A DNA stretch of 64,000 nt from an uncultured delta proteobacterium (GTDB lineage Bacteria; Myxococcota; Myxococcia; Myxococcales; Anaeromyxobacteraceae), in contig CAWJSR010000055.1 of NCBI GenBank assembly GCA_963845515.1, forward strand, positions 96,001 to 160,000. Direction: 5' to 3'. This document shows positions 51,346 through 59,401 of this stretch, piece by piece. Under the pieces are notes generated by a model, which had not been told where the DNA came from, made no database searches, and saw only the letters and a list, made by a program, of their open reading frames with translations. The first letter of the stretch is position 1, and each line of letters opens with the position of its first letter. Position numbers and translations under genes: made by a program.

Positions 51346-51579
51346 CTTTGGCCCGATCGCGGGATCGGGCGCGCCCCCACCAGTTCCCGGAGTGAACTCG
51401 CAATGTTGAGCTGGCTGCGCGCCGGCGCACGCGGGATCGCGCGACAGGCCGGCACTCGGTGAGTGATGAGAAATCCAACGCCTGAATGCGCCAAGGCCGC
51501 GCCCACTCTCAGTGGTTACGCGGCCTTGGAGGGTGTCGAGAGCCTTACGTGGAGGATCTCAACGGTGAGGAGTAACTCA

Positions 51580-52989
51580 TCAGCGCGACGAGTCCTCCTC
51601 CGTCTTCACCACCTCGTCCTCGCCGTCCCTGCGGATCCCGTAGCGCTTCATCTTGTTGTAGAGCGTGACGCGGTCGATGCCGAGGATGCGCGCAGATTGG
51701 CTCACGTTGCCGCCGGTGTGGGCGAGGACGGCCGCGACGTGCCGCCGCTCCATGTCCTCGAGGGACGCGAGCGGGCCCGCCTTGGGCGCCGCCCCCTCCC
51801 CCTTCGCTTCGGTCCCGCCCATCCCCAGGTCGTGGAGCTGCAGGACGGGCCCCTGCGCGACCACGGCGCCACGCTCGAGCACGTTCCGCAGCTCGCGGAC
51901 GTTCCCTGGCCAGTCGTGCGCCATGATGGCCGCCATCGCCTCGGACGAGATCCCGTCGAGCCGCTTCTTCATCTCCACCGCGAGCCGCTCCAGGATCGAG
52001 TCGACGAGGAGCGGCAGGTCCTCCCGGCGCTGGCGCAGCGGCGGCAGCGTGATCGGGATGACGTTCAGCCGGTAGAAGAGGTCCTCGCGGAACTTGCCCT
52101 CCGCGACGGCCCGCCGCAGGTCCTTGTTGGTCGCCGCGATGATCCTGACATCCACCTCGATGTTCTCGTTCCCGCCGATCCGGTGGAACTTGCGCTCCTC
52201 GAGGACCCGCAGGAGGTCGAGCTGTAGCTTCCCGCCGATGTCGCCGATCTCGTCGAGGAAGAGCGTGCCGCCGTGGGCCGCCTCGAACTTCCCCTTCCGG
52301 CGCGCGGAGGCCCCCGTGAAGGACCCCTTCTCGTGGCCGAAGAGCTCCGACTCGAGGAGGCTCTCGGTGAGCGCCGCGCACGACACGGCGACGAAGGCCC
52401 CCTCCGCTCGCGGGCTCTCGGCGTGGATGGACCGGGCGAGGACCTCCTTGCCGGAGCCGCTCTCCCCGAGCACCAGGATCGTGGAGTTGGAGCGCGCGGC
52501 GGTCTTCGCCAGCTCGAAGACCGACTGCATCGCGGGGCTCTTCGAGACGAGGTCCCGGAAGCGGTACTCGCGCTTGAGCGCCTGGCGCAGGACCGCGTTC
52601 TCCCGCAGCAGGCTCTGCTGCGAGACGATCTTCTGCATCATCAGGGTGAGCTCCTCGGGGTCGAAGGGCTTCACCAGGTAGTCGTAGGCTCCCTTCTTCA
52701 TGGCGGCCACGGCGGTGTCCACCGTCGCGTAGGCGGTCATGATGACGAAGGCGACGTCGGGCTGGATCTTCTTCGCCTCGTCAAGGACCTGCAGCCCGTC
52801 CATCCCGGGCATCTTGAGATCCGCGACGACGATGGACCAGCGCTCCGCCTTGAGCTTCTGCACGGCGCTCGGGCCGTCGGGGGCGAGGGCGACGGTGTAG
52901 CCGTCCTTCTCCAGCCACCCTCCCAGCGACTCGCGGACGATCTCCTCGTCGTCCACCACCAGGATCCTCGTCCTATCATTGGTCGACAT
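51580..52989 (-). CDS. Sigma54-dependent response regulator (NtrC/AtoC family)
   Basis: Receiver domain, GESGSGKE, GSFTGA, LFLDEIG, WPGNVREL, Fis-type HTH. Confidence 0.95.
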   Translation of the reverse strand: MSTNDRTRILVVDDEEIVRESLGGWLEKDGYTVALAPDGPSAVQKLKAERWSIVVADLKMPGMDGLQVLDEAKKIQPDVAFVIMTAYATVDTAVAAMKKGAYDYLVKPFDPEELTLMMQKIVSQQSLLRENAVLRQALKREYRFRDLVSKSPAMQSVFELAKTAARSNSTILVLGESGSGKEVLARSIHAESPRAEGAFVAVSCAALTESLLESELFGHEKGSFTGASARRKGKFEAAHGGTLFLDEIGDIGGKLQLDLLRVLEERKFHRIGGNENIEVDVRIIAATNKDLRRAVAEGKFREDLFYRLNVIPITLPPLRQRREDLPLLVDSILERLAVEMKKRLDGISSEAMAAIMAHDWPGNVRELRNVLERGAVVAQGPVLQLHDLGMGGTEAKGEGAAPKAGPLASLEDMERRHVAAVLAHTGGNVSQSARILGIDRVTLYNKMKRYGIRRDGEDEVVKTEEDSSR

Positions 52990-52991
52990 GG

Positions 52992-53537
52992 CTAGTTCCC
53001 TCCTCGCGCTTCCCAGAGCCTCGCGGCGCAGTCCTCGCAGAGCTCCGCCCGTTTGGAATCGACGTCGTGGACGCCGCCGCTCCGACCCATCACGCAGACC
53101 GGCGTCGCGCAGTGCATCAGCCCGAAGACGTGGCCGAGCTCGTGGACGGCCTCCTTCACCAGCCGGTCCTCCAGGAGCTTCGGGCCGGCCAGCTCCACGT
53201 CCTCCATCAGCCGCGCGGTCGAGACCACCGCCACCCGCCCGCCCAGCTGGGCCTCGCCGAACACGTAGGTGAGGATCGGGATGAAGAGATCCTTGTCGGT
53301 GATCCCCAGGAGCCGGCCGCCGCCGGGTCCCGCGTCCAGGAGCCACTTCAGCACCTTCCCGGAGGCCCACTGGTTGCGCCGCGGGTCGTACGCGTCGGCC
53401 GGGCGCTCGCGACCTTCCCAGAGCGCGACCGGGATGTCGAAGAGCCCGACGAGGGCGAGGCGCAGGTGATCCATCAAGGCTGGATCCACCTCCCTCTCAC
53501 CAATCCACCAGAGGAAGATCGGCTCCTCGCCGTCCAT
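52992..53537 (-). CDS. Archaemetzincin-like zinc metallopeptidase (M54)
   Basis: HELGHVFGLMHC..CVM..LCEDC. Confidence 0.88.
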   Translation of the reverse strand: MDGEEPIFLWWIGEREVDPALMDHLRLALVGLFDIPVALWEGRERPADAYDPRRNQWASGKVLKWLLDAGPGGGRLLGITDKDLFIPILTYVFGEAQLGGRVAVVSTARLMEDVELAGPKLLEDRLVKEAVHELGHVFGLMHCATPVCVMGRSGGVHDVDSKRAELCEDCAARLWEARGGN

Positions 53538-53572
53538 GACCTCTCCCCGGGGTGTGTGCAGTCGAAAGTCCT

Positions 53573-53611
53573 CCCCTCTCCCCCACCGGGGGAGAGGGCG
53601 GGGTGAGGGGG
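53573..53611. repeat. REP-like element
   Basis: CCCCTCTCCCCCACCGGGGGAGAGGGCGGGGTGAGGGGG. Confidence 0.7.
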
Positions 53612-53624
53612 CAGCCGTGGCGCA

Positions 53625-55346
53625 TCACGCCCTGCGCTCCCCGGCGGCGTGCACCGGGAGCCGGATGGCCACCCGGGTCCCCTTGCCCGGCTCGGACGTC
53701 AGATCTATGTGGCCTCCGTGGCGCTCGATGATGCCATAGACGACCGAGAGGCCGAGGCCGGTCCCCTTCTCCTTCGTGGTGAAGAACGGGTCGAAGACGT
53801 GCGCCATCACCTCCGGCGTGATCCCGGGGCCGCTGTCGGAGATGGCGATCTCCACCTCGTGACCGTCCTTCACCACCGAGGTGTCGATCGTCAGCTTCCC
53901 GCCGAGCGCCATCGCCTCGCAGGCGTTCATGATGACGTTGACGATCGCCTGCCGAAGCTGGCCGAAGTCGCCGTCGACCCTCGGGAGGGGCTGGCTGTTC
54001 CGCTCGACGCGCACGTTCTGGATCCCGAGCTGGTTGGCGAGGAGCTGGAGCGCCTCCTCGACGACCCCCGACGGATCGATCTCGGCCACCGCCAGCGGCC
54101 GCTCGCGCGCGAAGTCCAGGAGGTTGCGGACGATGGCGGTGCAGCGCTCCGCCTCGCGCTCCACCAGGTGGAGGTTCTTCACGAGGGTCTTGCGCGTGGC
54201 GTCGTCGGGGGTGCCGGCGTCGAGCGTCCGGACGAGCAGCTTCGCGAAGGTGAGGATGCCCGCGAGCGGGTTGTTGATCTCGTGGGCGATCGAGGCGGAG
54301 AGCTTGCCGAGCGACGAGAGCTTCTCGCTCCGGATCAGCTGGTCCTGCGCCGTCCGGAGGGCGGCGGTCCGGTCCTCGACCTTCCGCTCGAGGACCGCCA
54401 TCAGCGCCTTCAGCTCCTCCTCCGTCTGGCGGAGCGAGCGCGTCATGTCGTTGAAGGAGGTGGCGAGCAGCCCCAGCTCGCCGGACCAGGTGACGGGGAT
54501 CTCGATGTCGAGCTGGTCGCGCGCGACGCGGCGGGTCGCCTGGACGAGCGAGGCCACCGGCATCACGACGTGTGCTCGCGTGAAGAGCCAGAAGCCGACG
54601 CCCAGCAGCCCGGCGATGAGCGCAGCCACCACGAGCGACTCCCAGCGGAACGAGGCCGCCGCCAGGTCGGCCCGCTCCAGCGAGATCTCAACGTCGAGCA
54701 CCCCGAGGACCTTCTGGTCGGTCGGGTGGGCGTGGCAGGCGGCGGAGGAGCAGGCCGCCTCGTTGTAGAGGGGGGCGACGATCCCCAGGATCCGGTGGCT
54801 CGGCCCCGCGAACGTGCGCGTCCGCTCCTTCAGCGACGGGTGGGAGAGCGCCTCCCCCTCGGCGTGGCAGAGCGAGCAGGCCTCCGCGTTCCGGTCGACG
54901 AGCTGGTCGATCTCGCCGCGGTCGGTCGAGAAGGTGACGCGCCCGTTCGCGTCCATCATGCGCACCTTCTCGATGCCGTTCTGGCGCGCGACGTCCTCCA
55001 TGATGACGTAGGCGTCGGGGCGGCGATCCTGGAGCATGGCCCGGTGGATCGAGCTGCGCAGCGTGGAGGAGAGCAGGTCCGACTCCTCGGCCACCTGCTC
55101 CTGGAGCCTGGACTGGACGCGGAATTCGGCGATGGCGAAGGCGCCCACCGTCGCGAGGCTGGCGACGACGATCCCGCCCATCATCCGGACCGAGAGCCGC
55201 TGGTGCCAGGGGATGACGAAGCCGACGTCGCTCAGCGTGCTCGGCCGGATGGCGCGCGCGAGCCGATCCATCTGACCGGCCTCGCCGCCGGCGCCGCCCG
55301 GAGGGGACGCCGCCGCTGGTCGCGCGGGCTGCGCTGGGTCGGACAC
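53625..55346 (-). CDS. Sensor histidine kinase (HAMP, HisKA, HATPase) with periplasmic heme-c motifs
   Basis: CSLCH and CSSAACH; IAHEINNPL; FDPFFTTK..GTGLGL. Confidence 0.92.
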   Translation of the reverse strand: MSDPAQPARPAAASPPGGAGGEAGQMDRLARAIRPSTLSDVGFVIPWHQRLSVRMMGGIVVASLATVGAFAIAEFRVQSRLQEQVAEESDLLSSTLRSSIHRAMLQDRRPDAYVIMEDVARQNGIEKVRMMDANGRVTFSTDRGEIDQLVDRNAEACSLCHAEGEALSHPSLKERTRTFAGPSHRILGIVAPLYNEAACSSAACHAHPTDQKVLGVLDVEISLERADLAAASFRWESLVVAALIAGLLGVGFWLFTRAHVVMPVASLVQATRRVARDQLDIEIPVTWSGELGLLATSFNDMTRSLRQTEEELKALMAVLERKVEDRTAALRTAQDQLIRSEKLSSLGKLSASIAHEINNPLAGILTFAKLLVRTLDAGTPDDATRKTLVKNLHLVEREAERCTAIVRNLLDFARERPLAVAEIDPSGVVEEALQLLANQLGIQNVRVERNSQPLPRVDGDFGQLRQAIVNVIMNACEAMALGGKLTIDTSVVKDGHEVEIAISDSGPGITPEVMAHVFDPFFTTKEKGTGLGLSVVYGIIERHGGHIDLTSEPGKGTRVAIRLPVHAAGERRA

Positions 55347-55516
55347 CTTGCCCCCTGCTGGAGAGTGCGCATCACTGGACGTGCACGAACATCGTCATCC
55401 ATCGTACCAGCGTTGAACATTGCTACTCATCAACCCATTGTTCAATTTCTCGTCGGTGTGCGTGCTCGCGCACCCGAAGGATTGACCCACTGCCGGATCC
55501 TGCTAGAGATCGCCCC

Positions 55517-56378
55517 GTGACAGACCCCCGCGCCGTCCTCCTCGTACAGTGCGCCGATCGGCCAGGCCTCATCGCGGCCATCTCATCCTTCCTCTTCAGG
55601 CACGGCGCGAACATCATCGACTTCGACCAGCACACCTCGTCGGAGAACGGCGGCGTCTACTTCACGCGGCTCGAGTTCCAGACCGGCAAGGTCGACCTGC
55701 CCCTGGACGACCTCACGAAGGCCTTCGAGCTGGACGTCGCGCGCCCGTTCGCCATGGACTGGCGGCTGACCGACTCCACGCGGCGTAAGCGGGTCGCGGT
55801 GCTGGTGTCGAAGCACGACCACGCGATGCTGGAGCTGCTCTGGACCTGGAAGCGTGGCGACCTGCACGCGGACGTCACCACCGTCATCTCGAATCACCCC
55901 GACCTCGAGGACGCGGTCCGCGGGTTCGGCGTCCCCTTCCTGCACGTCCCGAACTCGAAGGAGACGCGCGCGGCCGCCGAGGAGAGGATCCAGGGGGCGC
56001 TCGAGGGCAAGGCCGACCTGGTGGTCCTCGCGCGCTACATGCAGATCGTCTCGGCCGACTTCGTCCGGCGCTGGCCCCACCGGATCATCAACATCCACCA
56101 CTCCTTCCTCCCGGCCTTCATCGGCGCGGATCCGTATCGGCAGGCCTACGACCGCGGCGTGAAGGTCGTCGGGGCGACCGCCCACTACGTGACGGAGGAG
56201 CTGGACGCCGGGCCGATCATCGACCAGGACGTCGGCCGTGTGACCCACCGTGACGAGGTGGAGGATCTCGAAGTCGATCGGCCGCGACCTCGAGCGCCGC
56301 GTGCTGGTCCGCGCGGTGCGCTGGCACTGCGAGGACCGCGTGATCGTCCACGGGAACAAGACGGTGGTGTTCGCGTAG
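55517..56378 (+). CDS. purU: Formyltetrahydrofolate deformylase (frameshift ~56272)
   Basis: ACT domain [43 protein letters not shown]; corrected end [10 protein letters not shown]. Confidence 0.92.
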
Positions 56379-56398
56379 ACGCCGTACCCGTGGTCGCT

Positions 56399-56436
56399 CC
56401 CTCACCCTTCCCCTCTCCCTCGATGAGGGAGAGGGG
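56399..56436. repeat. REP-like element
   Basis: CCCTCACCCTTCCCCTCTCCCTCGATGAGGGAGAGGGG. Confidence 0.7.
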
Positions 56437-56474
56437 ACGTCACCATGGGTGGGACCTTCGCCTCGCGAGCGACG

Positions 56475-57032
56475 TCAGCTGTCGTCGTCCACGCACGGCG
56501 AGGCCTCGGCGGTGCCGAAGCACGCGTCGATCGCCGCCTTCGCGGCCTCGCGGGTGGCGGCGCTCTCGGCACCGCGCGTCGAGAGCTGGCTGACGAGCAG
56601 ATCGCACCCCTCACCACCGAAGCACTGGTCGCACCAGGTCTCGGGGTGGTTCTTGTAGAAGCCGGGGCTGCAGTCGGCCGTCGCCGGCCCGCAGCCGGGC
56701 GCGTCGACCTCGATGACGCCGAAGTCGACCTGCCAGGTGGGCTCGCCGCAGAACGCGGCCCCGAGGTCGAGGATCCCGTCTCCGGCCGCCGTCAGGTCGA
56801 GGCTGGACGAGTACGTGCCCGGAGCGACGAAGGAGGTGAAGCTGCCGCTCTCGCCAGTGTCCGCCGATACCGTCCCGCCGTCGCCGGTGAGCGTCACCGT
56901 CACGCCGGACACTGGAGCGAGCGTGCCGACGCAGACGACGGCGCCCTGGACGTAGCAGGCCCAGGCCGCGGTGCCCCACGTCATCACGCTCACCACTGCT
57001 GCAGCCAGGATTCCTCGAATCAAGCCGGTCAT
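56475..57032 (-). CDS. Secreted Cys-rich acidic protein
   Basis: GGAGG RBS, signal peptide, carboxypeptidase-regulatory-like strand, SPGFYKNH motif. Confidence 0.7.
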   Translation of the reverse strand: MTGLIRGILAAAVVSVMTWGTAAWACYVQGAVVCVGTLAPVSGVTVTLTGDGGTVSADTGESGSFTSFVAPGTYSSSLDLTAAGDGILDLGAAFCGEPTWQVDFGVIEVDAPGCGPATADCSPGFYKNHPETWCDQCFGGEGCDLLVSQLSTRGAESAATREAAKAAIDACFGTAEASPCVDDDS

Positions 57033-57202
57033 GTGGTCCTCCCCCTCTATTGAATGCGCGCTAGCGATCAACGCGTGTGGGGAGATTACCGCCATGTAGG
57101 ACAGCCCAGGGTCGGCTCAAATGAGCGGTGGTGGCCGTTCTTGTGGGCTCACCTGAAATTGGAGCCCCGTCCAGGGATCGGACCGAGGGGGGAGCTCGCC
57201 GT

Positions 57203-58168
57203 TCACTCCCCCTTGGCCTTCACGATCGCCTCGTCCTCCGGGATGTCGCGGCGCGACCGCCAGATCGAGAGGCCGATCGCGCCGCCGAGCAGCAGGACCA
57301 CCACGGTGAGCGAGGCGAGCGACGGGACGTGGACCCAGCGCGACGCCAGCATCTTCCCGCCGATGAAGACGAGCACCGCGGAGAGGCCGTACTCGAGGTA
57401 GGCGAAGCGATCCATCATCCGGGCGACCGCGAAGAAGAGCGAGCGGAGCCCCAGGATGGCGAAGATGTTCGACGTGAAGACGATGAACGGGTCGAGCGTC
57501 ACGCCGAAGATGGCCGGGATCGAGTCGAGCGCGAAGACGACGTCCGAGATCTCGATCATCGCGAGGGCGAGGAAGAGCGGCGTGGCGACCCAGCGCGCCC
57601 CCTCCCGCACGAAGAACGCGTGGCCGTGGTAGGTGCTCGTCGACGGCACGATCCTGCGCAGCGTCCGGAAGGCCCAGCTCTTCTCGGGGTGCGGCTCGTC
57701 CTCCTCCTTGCGGAGCGCGAGCCGCACGCCGGTCACCACCAGGAACGCCCCGAACACGTAGATGAGCCAGTCGAACCGGGCGAGCAGCGCGGTGCCGCCC
57801 AGGATCATCGCGGCGCGCAGCACGATCGCGCTGAGGATTCCCCAGAACAGGACCCGGTGCTGGTAGATCGCCGGCACCGCGAAGGCGTTGAAGAGCAGGA
57901 TGAAGACGAAGAGGTTGTCGACCGAGAGCGACTCCTCGATCAGGTAGCCCGTGAGGAACTCGAGCGCCTTCCCCGCGCCGTACCGCCACCAGATCCAGCC
58001 GTCGAAGAGGAGCGCCAGCCCGATCCAGACCGCCGTCCAGCGGATGGCGGAGCGCGTGGAGACGACCTCGTCCTTCCGATGGACCAGGAGGAGGTCGACC
58101 GTCAGGAGGACGAGGATGAGCAGGATGAAGCCCGCCCAGAGGAGCGGGGGCGCTGCGATGGGGGTCAT
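57203..58168 (-). CDS. TerC/Alx family membrane protein
   Basis: YLIEESLSVDNLFVF, QHRVLFWGI, DVVFALDSIPA, SNIFAILGLRSL. Confidence 0.92.
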   Translation of the reverse strand: MTPIAAPPLLWAGFILLILVLLTVDLLLVHRKDEVVSTRSAIRWTAVWIGLALLFDGWIWWRYGAGKALEFLTGYLIEESLSVDNLFVFILLFNAFAVPAIYQHRVLFWGILSAIVLRAAMILGGTALLARFDWLIYVFGAFLVVTGVRLALRKEEDEPHPEKSWAFRTLRRIVPSTSTYHGHAFFVREGARWVATPLFLALAMIEISDVVFALDSIPAIFGVTLDPFIVFTSNIFAILGLRSLFFAVARMMDRFAYLEYGLSAVLVFIGGKMLASRWVHVPSLASLTVVVLLLGGAIGLSIWRSRRDIPEDEAIVKAKGE

Positions 58169-58276
58169 CTGTGGTTCCTCGTTCGAGCCGTCTTCTATGG
58201 CGATAGCGCCCCGAAGGACATGAGAATCTTTGCCTTGTGCGCTAGAAGTGTCGTGATCCTCCGCCGCGCCCACGCC

Positions 58277-59401
58277 ATGAACCGCCACGCCAGCATCGCC
58301 CTTCCCGCGGCCGCACTCCTGGCCATCCTCCCCGCCCTCGCGACGATCGGCGGATGCAAGGGCGACGCCGACGCCGGCCCCAGGCCCACGCGCCCCGTCT
58401 CCGTCCGGATGGCCGCTGCCGTCGAGAAGAGCGCGCCGGTGGAGGTCCACTCTGTCGGCAGGATCGTCTCCAACCGCTCGGTCGCCCTCAAGCCGCAGGT
58501 CTCGGGCCTCCTCGTCGCGGCCCGCTTCACCGAAGGTCAGCGCGTCGCGGAGGGGCAGGTGCTCCTCGAGATCGACCGCCGCCCCTACGCCGCTGCGCTG
58601 GCCGAGGCGAGCGCCCGGCGCGACCAGGAGCGGGCGCGGGCCGCCAACCTGAGGGCCGAGGCGACCCGCCTCGCCGAGCTCGCCGCCAGGGAGCTGATCG
58701 GGAAGCAGGAGTTCGAGACGGCGAACGCGAACGCCGCCGCCGCCGAGGCCGGCGCCGCCGCGACCGAGGCGGCCGTCCAGCGCGCCGAGCTGAACCTCTC
58801 CTGGTGCACCATCCGCGCGCCGATCTCGGGCCGGACCGGCCGGCTCCTGGTCCAGCCGGGAAACCTCGTCTCGGCCACCAGCACCGATCCGATCGTCACC
58901 ATCGAGCAGACCCGGCCGGTCTTCGCGTCCTTCACCATCCCCGAGCGCCACCTCTCGCTGCTGCGCCAGCGCGGCAAGGCGCAGGCGGTGGAGGTGCGGA
59001 CGAGCGGCGGCACCGCCGTGACCGGCGCAGTCGACTTCGTCGACAACGCCGTGGACCCGTCGACGGGCACCATCCTCCTCAAGGCGCGGATCGCCAACGA
59101 CGACGAGGCGCTCTGGCCAGGCCAGATCGTCGAGATCAAGGTGGCCCTCGCCGAGCGGGCGAAGGCGATCGTGGTCCCGGCCTCCGCCGTGTCGCAGGGG
59201 CAGCAAGGCGACTACGTCTTCGTCGTGAAGGGCGACCGGACCGTCGAGCTCCGGACGGTCTCCGTCGACCAGATCCTCGGCGACGAGGCGGTCGTCGGGC
59301 GCGGCGTCGCGGTGGGCGAGACCGTGGTCACGGAGGGGCAGCTGAAGCTGGTGCCCGGGGCGAAGGTCGAACCGGCGGACAAGGCGCCGGAGGGCAAGTG
59401 A
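58277..59401 (+). CDS. RND efflux membrane fusion protein (MdtA-like)
   Basis: PQVSG, IRAPISGRTG, DNAVDPSTGTI, LWPGQ. Confidence 0.9.
   Translation: MNRHASIALPAAALLAILPALATIGGCKGDADAGPRPTRPVSVRMAAAVEKSAPVEVHSVGRIVSNRSVALKPQVSGLLVAARFTEGQRVAEGQVLLEIDRRPYAAALAEASARRDQERARAANLRAEATRLAELAARELIGKQEFETANANAAAAEAGAAATEAAVQRAELNLSWCTIRAPISGRTGRLLVQPGNLVSATSTDPIVTIEQTRPVFASFTIPERHLSLLRQRGKAQAVEVRTSGGTAVTGAVDFVDNAVDPSTGTILLKARIANDDEALWPGQIVEIKVALAERAKAIVVPASAVSQGQQGDYVFVVKGDRTVELRTVSVDQILGDEAVVGRGVAVGETVVTEGQLKLVPGAKVEPADKAPEGK

Noticed and set aside
58169..58276. yybP-ykoY manganese riboswitch before terC
   Set aside because: The region is short and lacks the GGGGAGUA..CGUC..AGACC pattern.
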